Shown here: positions 1-11,070 of the stretch, piece by piece
Numbering within the stretch: position 1 is the stretch's first letter
Layout of the letters: each line of letters starts with the position of its first letter
NCBI RefSeq assembly: GCF_051955515.1
Contig: NZ_JBQCGQ010000291.1
Span: 1 to 63,452 of the forward strand
DNA: 63,452 nucleotides
Reading direction: 5' to 3'
Origin: Sinomonas sp.
GTDB lineage: Bacteria; Actinomycetota; Actinomycetes; Actinomycetales; Micrococcaceae
Position numbers and translations under genes: made by a program
Notes under the pieces: generated by a model
What the model saw: only the letters and a program-made list of their open reading frames with translations
The model's database searches: none
Told to the model about the DNA's origin: nothing

Positions 1-48
1 ATCCAGGTGGCCCGGAATTCCACGCCTGTGTGGGAAGAGGAGGACTGA
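1..48 (+). CDS. ilvB: 3' end of acetolactate synthase large subunit (partial)
   Basis: Frame 1 reads IQVARNSTPVWEEED* and stops 3 bp before ilvN; call rests on the ilvB-ilvN-ilvC order. Confidence 0.7.
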   Translation: MQVARNSTPVWEEED

Positions 49-51
49 GGC

Positions 52-1628
<1,577 letters not shown>

Positions 1629-1637
1629 TCGCCGAAC

Positions 1638-1669
1638 GAAGCGGTGGGCGCACGTGCGCCCGCCGCTTC
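1638..1669 (+). terminator. GC-rich hairpin after ilvC (probable terminator)
   Basis: GAAGCGGTGGGCGCAC/GTGCGCCCGCCGCTTC near-perfect palindrome, no U-tract. Confidence 0.55.
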
Positions 1670-1798
1670 CGGCTGTCATCACCCTCCCCGGTGACGTCCG
1701 CCACACTTCTCGGTCGATGTGCTGATCCGCCCGCCCGCATCCGGCCGCCCGTCCCCGTCCCGCCCATATCCGCCCCACTGACCGGAGAGGCCCCGCCC

Positions 1799-3394
1799 GT
1801 GTCCAACGAGAAGCCCGTCGTCCTCCTCGCCGAGGAACTTTCGCCTGCCACCATCGATGCCCTCGGCCCCGACTTCGAGATCCGTCACGCCGACGGTGCC
1901 GACCGCTCCCAGCTCCTTCCCGCCATCGCCGACGTCGACGCGATCCTCGTCCGCTCCGCCACGAAGGTGGATGCCGAGGCGATCGCGGCGGCCAAGAAGC
2001 TCAAGGTCATCGCTCGCGCGGGCGTCGGCCTGGACAACGTCGACATCAAGGCCGCCACGCAGGCGGGCGTCATGGTGGTCAATGCGCCGACGTCGAACAT
2101 CGTGTCCGCAGCCGAGCTCACGTGCGGGCACATCCTGAGCCTCGCCCGCAACATCCCCGCCGCGAACGGCTCCCTTAAGGGCGGCGAGTGGAAGCGGTCC
2201 AAGTTCGCGGGGATCGAACTCCTCGACAAGACCCTCGGCGTGATCGGCCTTGGCCGTATCGGGGCCCTCGTCGCCGCGCGCATGCAGGCGTTCGAGATGA
2301 ACGTGGTCGCCTTCGACCCGTACGTCACGTCGGCGCGCGCCGCCCAGCTCGGCGTCAAGCTCGTCACGCTCGATGAACTCCTCGCACAGAGCGACTTCAT
2401 CACGATCCACATGCCGAAGACCCCGGAGACCGTCGGCATGCTCGGCGCGGACGCCTTCGAGAAGATGAAGAAGACCGCGTACGTGGTCAACGTGGCCCGT
2501 GGTGGCCTCGTCGACGAGGACGCGCTCACGAAGGCCCTCGAGTCCGGCCAGATCGCGGGCGCGGGCATCGACGTCTTCGAGAAGGAGCCCAGCACCAATC
2601 TCCCGTTCTTCGAGTACCCGAACGTGGTCGTCACCCCGCATCTCGGCGCGTCGACGGATGAGGCCCAGGAGAAGGCCGGCATCTCGGTCGCGAAGTCGGT
2701 GCGGCTCGCCCTTGCCGGCGAGCTCGTCCCGGATGCCGTCAACGTGGCCGGCGGCGTCATTGCCCCCGACGTGCGCCCGGGCATTCCGCTGATCGAGAAG
2801 CTCGGCCGCATCTTCACCGCCCTGAGCCACGAGCCGGTGGCGCAGATCGACGTCGAGGTCGCGGGCGAGATCGCCTCGCTCGACGTCAAGTCCCTTGAGC
2901 TCGCCGCGCTGAAGGGCGTGTTCACGGATGTCGTCTCCGAGAAGGTCTCCTATGTCAACGCGCCGGTCCTCGCGGAGCAGCGCGGCGTTGCGGTGCGTCT
3001 GCTCACTACGTCGGAGGCGGAGGACTACCGGAACGTCCTGACCATTCGCGGCCTGCTGACCGATGGCAGCCAGGTCTCGGTCGCTGGTACCCTGACCGGT
3101 CCTAAGCAGATCCAGAAGCTCGTGGGCATCAACGGCTACGACCTCGAGATCCCCATCTCCGAGCACCTCGTCGTGATGACCTACGCTGACCGCCCAGGCG
3201 TCATCGGAACGATCGGCCACATCCTCGGCATGAACGGCGTCAACATCGCCGGCATGCAGGTGGCCCGTGCCGAGCAGGCTGGCGAGGCGATGGCGCTCCT
3301 CACGGTCGACTCGAAGATCCCGGCCACCGTGCTCGATACCGTCAAGAGCGAGATCGGCGCGACTGCGGTGCGGGAGATCGACCTCGAGGACTAG
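1799..3394 (+). CDS. serA: D-3-phosphoglycerate dehydrogenase
   Basis: ARAGVGLDNVD, GLGRIG, TPHLGAST motifs, C-terminal ACT domain; start moved to GTG 1799 after GGAGAGG. Confidence 0.96.
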   Translation: MSNEKPVVLLAEELSPATIDALGPDFEIRHADGADRSQLLPAIADVDAILVRSATKVDAEAIAAAKKLKVIARAGVGLDNVDIKAATQAGVMVVNAPTSNIVSAAELTCGHILSLARNIPAANGSLKGGEWKRSKFAGIELLDKTLGVIGLGRIGALVAARMQAFEMNVVAFDPYVTSARAAQLGVKLVTLDELLAQSDFITIHMPKTPETVGMLGADAFEKMKKTAYVVNVARGGLVDEDALTKALESGQIAGAGIDVFEKEPSTNLPFFEYPNVVVTPHLGASTDEAQEKAGISVAKSVRLALAGELVPDAVNVAGGVIAPDVRPGIPLIEKLGRIFTALSHEPVAQIDVEVAGEIASLDVKSLELAALKGVFTDVVSEKVSYVNAPVLAEQRGVAVRLLTTSEAEDYRNVLTIRGLLTDGSQVSVAGTLTGPKQIQKLVGINGYDLEIPISEHLVVMTYADRPGVIGTIGHILGMNGVNIAGMQVARAEQAGEAMALLTVDSKIPATVLDTVKSEIGATAVREIDLED

Positions 3395-3436
3395 TCCCTA
3401 GCTAGCTCGGCGCAGCTAGATCACCAAGACGAGCAC

Positions 3437-3480
3437 GACGACGGCGGGCCTCACCTCATGCGGTGGGGCCCGCCGTCGTC
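3437..3480 (+). terminator. hairpin after serA
   Basis: GACGACGGCGGGCCTCACC-loop-GGTGGGGCCCGCCGTCGTC. Confidence 0.6.
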
Positions 3481-3529
3481 CGTTGACGCATTCGCCGCGC
3501 CTGTCTCGCGGATCCGGTAAATTCTTAGG

Positions 3530-5089
3530 GTGACGTCCGCAGCAGAGAAGACCCCGTTCTACATCACCACCGCCATCACGTACCCGAACGGCGAGCCGCA
3601 CATCGGCCACGCCTACGAGTACATCGCGACCGATGCGATGGCGCGCTTCAAGCGGCTGGACGGCTACGACGTCTTCTTCCTCACGGGCACTGACGAGCAC
3701 GGGCTCAAGATCGCACAGTCCGCCCAGAAGGAAGGCATCGCGCCCAAGGAACTGGTGGACCGCAACGTGGAACTCTACAAGGAGACCCACGCGGCGTTGG
3801 GCGTGAGCTATGACCGGTTCATCCGCACCACCGATGCGGACCACTATGCCTCCGCCCAGGCGATCTGGAAGCGCATGGAGCAGACCGGGGACATCTACCT
3901 CGACAAGTACGAGGGCTGGTATTCGGTGCGCGACGAGGCGTACTACACCGAGGATGAGACCGTGGTGCGCGATGGCGTCCGGTACTCGAAGGAGACCGAT
4001 ACCGAAGTCACCTGGACCGCCGAGGAGAGCTACTTCTTCCGGCTCTCGGCGTATCAGGACAAGCTCCTCGAGCTCTATTCAGCGCAGCCGGAGTTCGGCG
4101 CGCCACAGTACCGGTTCAACGAAGTCATCTCGTTCGTCAAGCGTGGACTCGAGGACCTCTCGATCTCTCGGACGACCTTCGACTGGGGGATCCCCGTCCC
4201 CGACGCCCCCGGGCACGTCATGTACGTGTGGGTCGACGCCCTCACCAACTACCTCACCGGTGTTGGCTTCCCCGACGTCGACTCCGAGTCCTTCCAGAAG
4301 TACTGGCCCGCCGACGTGCACGTGATCGGCAAGGACATCTCGCGCTTCCATGCGGTCTACTGGCCGGCCTTCCTCATGAGCGCCGGGATCGAGGTGCCGC
4401 GGCGCGTGATGATTCACGGCTTCCTGCAGAACAACGGCGTCAAGATGTCCAAGTCGCTCGGCAACGTCGTGGCCCCGCGGGACTTCATCAGCCAGTATGG
4501 CCTGGACCAGGTGCGCTACTTCCTGCTCCGCGAGGTGCCATTCGGTGCAGACGGCAGCTACAACCACGATGCCATCGTGGGGCGCATGAACGCCGACCTG
4601 GCGAACAATCTCGGGAATCTCGCGCAGCGGTCGCTGTCGATGGTCGCCAAGAACCTGGACGGGGTCGTACCCGAGCCGGGGGAGTTGACGGCCGCCGACA
4701 AGGCACTGCTCGAGGCCGCCGACGGCCTGCTCGAAGCGACGCGTGCCGCGTTCGAGAAGCAGGAGTTCAGCCGCGGGCTCGAGGCCATCTGGGGTGTGCT
4801 CGGCGACACCAACGCGTACTTCGCGGAGCAGGCCCCCTGGGTCCTGCGTAAGACCGACCCCGCCCGCATGGCCACGGTGCTGTACGTGACCCTTGAAGTG
4901 CTGCGGATCGTGTCGGTGCTGGTCCAGCCGGTCATGCCCGGGTCCGCCGCGAAGCTGCTCGGTGCCCTCGGCCAGCCGGAGGGTGACGCCCGGCAGTTCT
5001 CGGCCCTCGGTGCGCGCATCGTCCCGGGAACGAACCTGCCCGCCCCGGCGCCGATCTTCCCGAAGTACGAGGAGCCGACCGAAGCCTGA
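3530..5089 (+). CDS. metG: methionine--tRNA ligase (short form)
   Basis: [12 protein letters not shown] (HIGH), GTDEHG, KMSKS motifs. Confidence 0.97.
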   Translation: MTSAAEKTPFYITTAITYPNGEPHIGHAYEYIATDAMARFKRLDGYDVFFLTGTDEHGLKIAQSAQKEGIAPKELVDRNVELYKETHAALGVSYDRFIRTTDADHYASAQAIWKRMEQTGDIYLDKYEGWYSVRDEAYYTEDETVVRDGVRYSKETDTEVTWTAEESYFFRLSAYQDKLLELYSAQPEFGAPQYRFNEVISFVKRGLEDLSISRTTFDWGIPVPDAPGHVMYVWVDALTNYLTGVGFPDVDSESFQKYWPADVHVIGKDISRFHAVYWPAFLMSAGIEVPRRVMIHGFLQNNGVKMSKSLGNVVAPRDFISQYGLDQVRYFLLREVPFGADGSYNHDAIVGRMNADLANNLGNLAQRSLSMVAKNLDGVVPEPGELTAADKALLEAADGLLEATRAAFEKQEFSRGLEAIWGVLGDTNAYFAEQAPWVLRKTDPARMATVLYVTLEVLRIVSVLVQPVMPGSAAKLLGALGQPEGDARQFSALGARIVPGTNLPAPAPIFPKYEEPTEA

Positions 5090-5166
5090 CGCGAGGTCGG
5101 GCCGTGTGCCGCCGAGGTCGGGTGGTGTGGTGCCGAGGTCGGGCCGTGTGGCGCTGAGATCGGCTA
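5090..5166 (+). repeat. tandem array of 21-bp repeats (3 units plus a partial), left flank of nuclease gene
   Basis: cgcgaggtcgggccgtgtgcc / gccgaggtcgggtggtgtggt / gccgaggtcgggccgtgtggc / gctgagatcggc; fills almost the whole gap between the metG and nuclease stop codons. Confidence 0.9.
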
Positions 5167-5167
5167 A

Positions 5168-6133
5168 TCACCGCAGCTCCACAGCAGCATGAGGTGTTCG
5201 CACGAAGGCCTTGACTCTCCTGCCCAAGGTGACCGGGTCGTCGAGTTCGGGCCAATAGACATTGAGCACTCGCCAGCCGGCGGCGACAAGCCGCCCTTCA
5301 CGCGCCTGCTGCTGAGCGACCTTTTCGTCTATCGGAAGGTAATCGAAGTACTTCCCGTAGCCGTGTACCTCGATGACAATGCGTCGCCTCGGCCACCCGA
5401 AATCCACTCGTTCCCGGCCCCCTATGGTCGTAATCCAGAGCTGGAGTTCCGGTTCCGGGAGGTTCCACTCGGCGAGCAGCAGGCGAAACCGGCTCTCCGC
5501 GGGTGATTCGGACCGGCCGTCAGCCGCCAGGAGGACCTCGCGCACCTTGCGGATTCCCCGAGTTGCTTTTCCCTCGCTGACGAGCCGTTGGAGGACTGCT
5601 TCGTCCGCGCCTCGGGATAGGCCGGAATCGGCGATGACCACGGCCTGCTCGAACGGCAGAAGCCGCGCACAGTCGACGACTGTCCGTTCGAGCGAAGTCA
5701 CTCTGAGACCGTCCACTAGTCGGACATCCCGAGCGGGGACTCGCTGATTGTGCCGAACAACATCGCTGAGAGGACCCGCGTCGCCTCGGCGGCTCGCGTG
5801 TGCCACATGCACGCGCGGGCGAGCACGCCACACGGACAGCCCCCAGATATGGGCTGCAGATGTGTGGGTGTAAACGTGTGATTGGCCTGATGACGCGGCG
5901 TCATGAGCATGGATTCTCACAAGCGCGGGGTCTGGGACAGTTCCGAGGGCTGGGGAAAAAACTCCACGCTGGTGGCGAACGAGTGAGCCGTCGTCGAGCA
6001 GACTTCGGATGGCTTGCTCTTCGAGCCCCGCCGCTACGAGTTCCGACCGCCGGAACATCGGAGTCGCCGACGGCGATCGCTCGGCTAGAGCTTTCAGAGC
6101 TTGCGTTGACTTGTAGTTCAGATTGAGGTGCAT
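5168..6133 (-). CDS. AbiEi-like antitoxin-domain / DUF559 (Vsr-like) endonuclease-fold protein
   Basis: N-terminal wHTH-like RRSELVAAGL...LVRHQRGVF; THTSAAHIWG; VTSLERTVVDCAR; ESPAESRFRL; RVDFGWP..IVIEVHG..KY; GWRVLNVYWPEL. Typical actinobacterial AbiEi+DUF559 layout; no AbiEii toxin adjacent. Confidence 0.8.
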   Translation of the reverse strand: MHLNLNYKSTQALKALAERSPSATPMFRRSELVAAGLEEQAIRSLLDDGSLVRHQRGVFSPALGTVPDPALVRIHAHDAASSGQSHVYTHTSAAHIWGLSVWRARPRVHVAHASRRGDAGPLSDVVRHNQRVPARDVRLVDGLRVTSLERTVVDCARLLPFEQAVVIADSGLSRGADEAVLQRLVSEGKATRGIRKVREVLLAADGRSESPAESRFRLLLAEWNLPEPELQLWITTIGGRERVDFGWPRRRIVIEVHGYGKYFDYLPIDEKVAQQQAREGRLVAAGWRVLNVYWPELDDPVTLGRRVKAFVRTPHAAVELR

Positions 6134-6181
6134 GTCCCGAGTCTTCAGCGAGAGCGCGGGCTGAGAGAGCGGTTCCCATCG

Positions 6182-6222
6182 CTATGTGGATAACATCGGG
6201 AGGCCGCGCATGTGGGGGAGTA
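6182..6222 (-). promoter_or_regulatory. two-box CCACA motif including a perfect DnaA box, upstream of the nuclease gene
   Basis: Minus strand TACTCCCCCACA-N16-GTTATCCACATAG; TTATCCACA at 6185-6193; same layout as upstream of yraN. Confidence 0.65.
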
Positions 6223-6229
6223 ATACGTT

Positions 6230-6288
6230 CGGCCCGATCTCGGCGGCAGGGGACCCGATCTCTCGGCGGCAGGGGGCCCGATCTCGAC
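6230..6288 (-). repeat. tandem array of the same 21-bp repeat in inverted orientation, right flank of nuclease gene
   Basis: Minus strand gtcgagatcgggccccctgcc / gccgagagatcgggtcccctgcc / gccgagatcgggccg. Confidence 0.85.
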
Positions 6289-6351
6289 GCGAGCTGTCCG
6301 GATAGCGAGACCGGATGCCCAGCATATGGATGCTCCCGCTAAGGTGGCTGC

Positions 6352-7404
6352 ATGACGCAGACTCTCGACCTTGCAGTGATCCCCGGCGACGGCATCGGCC
6401 CCGAGGTCACCACTGAGGCCCTGAAAGTCCTCCGCTCGGCGCTCGACGGCGCGGGCGTCGAGGTCAAGGAGACGCACTACAGCCTCGGCGCGCAGCACTG
6501 GCTCACCACGGGGGAGACGCTTCCTGACGACGTCCTCGACGACATCCGCGGCCGGGACGCAATCCTGTTCGGCGCGGTGGGCGCGGCCCCCGGTGACACC
6601 CGGATCCCGTCGGGGCTCATCGAGCGCGAGCTGCTCCTGAAGCTGCGCTTCACCTTGGACCACTGCGTCAACCTCCGTCCTTCGCGCCTGTACGCGGGCG
6701 TCGGCAGCCCCTTGGCCGAGCCCGGCGAGGTCGACTTCGTCGTGGTGCGCGAGGGAACCGAGGGTCCCTACGTCGGGAACGGGGGCGCGCTGCGCGTCGG
6801 CACCCCGCACGAGATTGCCACCGAGGTGTCGGTCAACACCGCCTATGGCGTTGAGCGAGTCGTCCGCGATGCCTTCCGCCGCGCCTCTCAGCGGCTGCGC
6901 AAGAAGGTCACGCTGGTGCACAAGCACAACGTCCTGGTCCACGCGGGTCACCTGTGGAAGCGCACGGTCGAGGCCGTTGCGGCCGAGTTCCCCGAGGTCC
7001 AGCACGACTATCTCCACGTCGACGCCGCGACGATCTTCCTCGTCACGGATCCGTCCCGTTTCGACGTCATCGTGACGGACAACCTTTTCGGGGACATCCT
7101 GACGGATCTCGCCGGAGCCGTGACGGGCGGAATCGGCCTCGCGGCGTCGGGGAACATCAACATCGACGGCACGGCACCGTCCATGTTCGAGCCCGTCCAC
7201 GGTTCGGCGCCGGACATCGCCGGCCAGCAGAAGGCTGATCCGACGGCTGCGATCCTCTCCGCCGCGCTGCTGCTTGACCACCTGGGCCAGGGCGAAGCGG
7301 CCGCGCGGATCGAGGAGGCCGTTCGGGCCGACGTCGAGTCCCGCGGCGCGGGTGAACGGCGCACGACGGCGCAGATCGGCGACGCGATTGCAGCCCGGTT
7401 GTGA
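6352..7404 (+). CDS. leuB: 3-isopropylmalate dehydrogenase
   Basis: [33 protein letters not shown]; probably leaderless (TAAGGT 6 nt before ATG). Confidence 0.97.
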   Translation: MTQTLDLAVIPGDGIGPEVTTEALKVLRSALDGAGVEVKETHYSLGAQHWLTTGETLPDDVLDDIRGRDAILFGAVGAAPGDTRIPSGLIERELLLKLRFTLDHCVNLRPSRLYAGVGSPLAEPGEVDFVVVREGTEGPYVGNGGALRVGTPHEIATEVSVNTAYGVERVVRDAFRRASQRLRKKVTLVHKHNVLVHAGHLWKRTVEAVAAEFPEVQHDYLHVDAATIFLVTDPSRFDVIVTDNLFGDILTDLAGAVTGGIGLAASGNINIDGTAPSMFEPVHGSAPDIAGQQKADPTAAILSAALLLDHLGQGEAAARIEEAVRADVESRGAGERRTTAQIGDAIAARL

Positions 7405-7501
7405 GGCGTAAGCTGTAGGCAGCCCGGGGTCCTGCCCTGGGGAGTGCCGTGGAATGAATAGGCACCAACGGGATCAAAACCCCGAATGATGTGGAGGACC
7501 A

Positions 7502-8614
7502 ATGACTCAGAACGCCGTCGGCGTTGACTTCGCGCAGCGGCTCACCGACAACCCGACGAGCGCTGAGCGGCGTGCCGCGATCCTCGCGGACCCCGGCTTC
7601 GGCAACTACTTCACGGATCACACCGCAGTGGTCGACTGGTCGGTTGACGCCGAAGGGCGTGGGGGTTGGCACGACGCGCGGATCGAGCCGTACGGTCCGA
7701 TCGCCATGGACCCAGCAGCGGCTGTGCTCCACTACGGCCAGGAGATCTTCGAGGGGCTCAAGGCCTACCGGCACGCCGACGGAAGCGTCTGGACCTTCCG
7801 TGCGGAGGCCAATGCGCACCGCTTCAACCGCTCCGCCCGCCGCCTCGCCCTGCCCGAGCTGCCGCCGGAGCTGTTCGTCGAGTCCCTGCGCCAGCTGGTC
7901 TCGGTGGACAAGGACTGGGTGCCGGGCGGCGAGGGCGAGGCGCTGTACCTTCGTCCCTTCATGATCGCCACGGAGGCCTTCCTCGGTGTCCGTCCGGCGC
8001 GTGAAGTGTCGTATCGGGTGATCGCCTCCCCGGCCGGCAACTACTTCGGCGGGGAGCTCAAGCCGGTGTCCATCTGGCTCTCGGAGCATTTCGCGCGGGC
8101 AGGCCACGGCGGCACGGGCGAGGCAAAATGCGGCGGCAACTATGCGGCGTCGCTCGCAGCCCAGCTCGAGGCCGAGGCGCATGGCTGCAAGCAGGTCCTC
8201 TTCCTGGACCCGTACAACGACAACGCCGTCGAGGAGCTCGGGGGCATGAACATCGTCTTCGTCTTCACCGACGGCCGGCTCGTCACTCCCGCACTGAACG
8301 GCAACATTCTCCACGGGGTGACACGCGACTCGGTCCTCCAGCTTGCGTCAGACCGCGGGCTCTCCGTCGAGGAGCGCAAGATCACGATCGACGAGTGGCG
8401 CGCCTCGGTGGCCGACGGCACCCTCGCGGAGGTCTTCGCGTGCGGCACGGCCGCGGTCATCACGCCGATCAGCGAGCTCAAGACGGCCGACGGCTCCCTG
8501 GTCTCGCCGCCGCCTGGGCCGGACTCGGTGGCCATGAGCATCCGCGAGCAGCTTCTCGGCATCCAGACGGGCGCCGTGGAGGACCTCCACGGCTGGCTGA
8601 CAAGGCTCGCCTAG
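7502..8614 (+). CDS. ilvE: branched-chain amino acid aminotransferase
   Basis: LHYGQEIFEGLKAY, AKCGGNYA, EVFACGTAA. Confidence 0.96.
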   Translation: MTQNAVGVDFAQRLTDNPTSAERRAAILADPGFGNYFTDHTAVVDWSVDAEGRGGWHDARIEPYGPIAMDPAAAVLHYGQEIFEGLKAYRHADGSVWTFRAEANAHRFNRSARRLALPELPPELFVESLRQLVSVDKDWVPGGEGEALYLRPFMIATEAFLGVRPAREVSYRVIASPAGNYFGGELKPVSIWLSEHFARAGHGGTGEAKCGGNYAASLAAQLEAEAHGCKQVLFLDPYNDNAVEELGGMNIVFVFTDGRLVTPALNGNILHGVTRDSVLQLASDRGLSVEERKITIDEWRASVADGTLAEVFACGTAAVITPISELKTADGSLVSPPPGPDSVAMSIREQLLGIQTGAVEDLHGWLTRLA

Positions 8615-8637
8615 GCATCGCTCAACCCGTTCAACGC

Positions 8638-8674
8638 ACGACGGCGCGTCCCCGGCTTGGGGAGGCGCCGTCGT
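8638..8674 (+). terminator. hairpin after ilvE
   Basis: ACGACGGCGCgTCCCC-loop-GGGGAgGCGCCGTCGT. Confidence 0.5.
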
Positions 8675-8707
8675 CGTCTGAGTGGCGGACCGCGATAGGG
8701 TGAGGCC

Positions 8708-9496
8708 ATGCGCATCGCCCGTTTTGTCATTGATTCTGCTGCGGATGCGGCGCCTGTCTACGGAGTTGTCCATGGTGATCCCGGCAACGAGCAGGTTGCG
8801 GTGATCAAGGGCGACCCCTTCTATCAAGGAGTCACTCCGACCGGGCAGACGCACCGCCTTGACGACGTCCGGCTTCTCGCGCCGATCATCCCCCGCAGCA
8901 AGGTCGTAGGCATCGGGCGCAACTACGCCGACCACGCCAAGGAGCTCGGGAACGAGCTCCCCACCGAGCCGGCCATGTTCCTCGTTGCCAACACGGCCGT
9001 CGTGGGACCGGGCGATCCGGTGGTCCTGCCCGAGTGGACCGAGGAGGTCTCCTACGAGGGCGAGCTCTGCGTGGTGATCGGCCGGATCTGCAAGGACGTT
9101 CCCGCTGAGAAGGCGGACGACGTGATCTTCGGGTACACCGTGGGCAATGACCTCACCGCGCGGGACAAGCAGCGCTCCGACGTCCAGTGGGCCCGGGCCA
9201 AGTCCTTCGACACGTCGTCGCCGCTCGGACCGTGGATCGAAACCGAGCTCGATCCCGAGGACCTCTCGCTTGTGACGCGGCTCAATGGGAGCGTGGTGCA
9301 GGACGGCACGACGGCGGACATGGTGTTCGGGGTGCGGGAGCTCGTCGCGGCCGTCTCGCAGGCGTTCACGCTTCTTCCCGGGGACGTGATCATGACCGGC
9401 ACGCCGGCCGGTGTGGGCCTGGTCACCGAGGGCGACCGGGTCGACGTCGAAATCGAGGGCATCGGAACGCTCTCGAACCCCATCGTGCGCCGCTGA
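8708..9496 (+). CDS. fumarylacetoacetate hydrolase family protein
   Basis: IGRNYADH, YEGEL, NDLTARD, RAKSFDT, GDVIMTGTPAG. Confidence 0.93.
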   Translation: MRIARFVIDSAADAAPVYGVVHGDPGNEQVAVIKGDPFYQGVTPTGQTHRLDDVRLLAPIIPRSKVVGIGRNYADHAKELGNELPTEPAMFLVANTAVVGPGDPVVLPEWTEEVSYEGELCVVIGRICKDVPAEKADDVIFGYTVGNDLTARDKQRSDVQWARAKSFDTSSPLGPWIETELDPEDLSLVTRLNGSVVQDGTTADMVFGVRELVAAVSQAFTLLPGDVIMTGTPAGVGLVTEGDRVDVEIEGIGTLSNPIVRR

Positions 9497-9552
9497 CCAC
9501 CCCTGGGCGTCCGGGGGGAGGGGCTTCGCCAGCGGCCTAGAATAGGGTCACT

Positions 9553-11070
9553 ATGACTTCCGCCGCTGAGCTGCACGACGCCAACTCCATCCCCTCCGTC
9601 ACTCCGGACACCCCGGTCCGCGTCCGCTTCTGCCCATCGCCGACCGGCACGCCCCATGTGGGCATGGTCCGCACGGCCCTCTTCAACTGGGCCTATGCGC
9701 GCCACACGGGCGGCAGGTTCGTGTTCCGCATCGAAGACACGGACGCGCAGCGGGACACGGAGGAGAGCTACGAGCAGATCGTCGAAGCGCTCCGCTGGCT
9801 CGGGCTGACCTGGGACGAGGGCATTGACGTCGGCGGCCCTCACGAGCCGTACCGGCAGTCTCGCCGGCTCGACCTGTACAAGGACGTCGCTGCGAAGCTC
9901 AAGGACGCGGGATTCCTCTACGAGTCCTACTCGACCCCCGACGAGATCGAGGCGCGACACCGCGCGGCGGGCCGTGACCCCAAGCTCGGCTACGACAACT
10001 CCGACCGGGACCTGACCCCCGAGCAGATCGCGACGTTCCGGGCCGAGGGCCGCGAACCGGTGCTCCGCTTCCGCATGCCGGAGACGGACGTGGTCTTCGA
10101 TGACCTCATCCGGGGGGAAATCCGCTTCAAGGCCGGGTCGGTGCCGGACTTCGTCCTGGTGCGCGCTGACGGCTCGCCGCTGTATACGCTCGTCAACCCG
10201 GTCGATGACGCGCTCATGGGGATCACCCACGTCCTGCGGGGCGAAGACCTCCTGTCCTCGACGCCGCGTCAGGTAGCCCTGTACCACGCCCTGCACGCCG
10301 TCGGCGTGGCCGCGTATATGCCGCTGTTCGGCCACCTTCCCTATGTCATGGGCGAAGGCAACAAGAAGCTTTCGAAGCGCGATCCGCAGTCGAATCTGTT
10401 CCACCACCGCGACCGCGGCTTTATCCCAGAAGGCCTCCTCAACTACTTGGCGCTGCTGGGCTGGTCGCTCTCCGCGGACGAGGACATCTTCACGGTGGAG
10501 CAGCTGACCGAGAACTTCGACATCAAGGATGTTCTGCCAAACCCCGCGCGGTTCGACCAGAAGAAGGCGGAGGCCATCAACGGCACGCACGTCCGCATGT
10601 TGGCACCCGAGGATTTCCGGGACCGCCTCCTGCCGTATCTGCGCGCCACGGGCATCGTCGGGGAGAATCTCACATCGCGCGAGAAGCAGATCCTCACCGA
10701 AGCCGCGCCGCTCGTCCAGGAACGCATCACGCTGCTCGGCGAGGCCCCCGGCATGCTCGGCTTCCTGTTCGCCGACGACTCCGCGATCACCGTGGAGGAC
10801 GACGCGCGGAAGGGTCTCCCTGAGAACCTCACCGAAGTGCTCGATGCCGCGATCGGGGCGCTGGAACCGCTGGCGGAGTGGACGGCCGAGGCAGTCCAGG
10901 AGGCGCTGCGGTCGGCGCTCGTCGAGGGCTTGGGCATCAAGCCGCGGCTCGCCTTCGGCCCGGTGCGCACGGCTGTTTCTGGCCGCCGCGTGTCGCCGCC
11001 GCTCTTCGAGTCGATGGTCATCCTCGGCAAGGAGTCCTCGCTGGCCCGCCTCAAGGCCTTCCGTGGCTGA
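9553..11070 (+). CDS. gltX: glutamate--tRNA ligase
   Basis: [24 protein letters not shown]. Confidence 0.97.
   Translation: MTSAAELHDANSIPSVTPDTPVRVRFCPSPTGTPHVGMVRTALFNWAYARHTGGRFVFRIEDTDAQRDTEESYEQIVEALRWLGLTWDEGIDVGGPHEPYRQSRRLDLYKDVAAKLKDAGFLYESYSTPDEIEARHRAAGRDPKLGYDNSDRDLTPEQIATFRAEGREPVLRFRMPETDVVFDDLIRGEIRFKAGSVPDFVLVRADGSPLYTLVNPVDDALMGITHVLRGEDLLSSTPRQVALYHALHAVGVAAYMPLFGHLPYVMGEGNKKLSKRDPQSNLFHHRDRGFIPEGLLNYLALLGWSLSADEDIFTVEQLTENFDIKDVLPNPARFDQKKAEAINGTHVRMLAPEDFRDRLLPYLRATGIVGENLTSREKQILTEAAPLVQERITLLGEAPGMLGFLFADDSAITVEDDARKGLPENLTEVLDAAIGALEPLAEWTAEAVQEALRSALVEGLGIKPRLAFGPVRTAVSGRRVSPPLFESMVILGKESSLARLKAFRG

Noticed and set aside
3391-3419. Four CTAG tetramers within 30 bp after serA
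   Set aside because: Unusual composition, but no IS ends or other supporting structure.
5090-5166. 21-bp arrays as a CRISPR array
   Set aside because: Period is only 21 bp, the variable parts are about 9 nt and similar to each other, and there are no cas genes in the window.
5168-6133. Complete AbiE type IV toxin-antitoxin system
   Set aside because: No AbiEii nucleotidyltransferase gene is adjacent; the neighbours are metG and leuB.
6185-6193. DnaA box as part of oriC
   Set aside because: Only one perfect box, no dnaA/dnaN nearby and no AT-rich unwinding element; better read as a promoter site.
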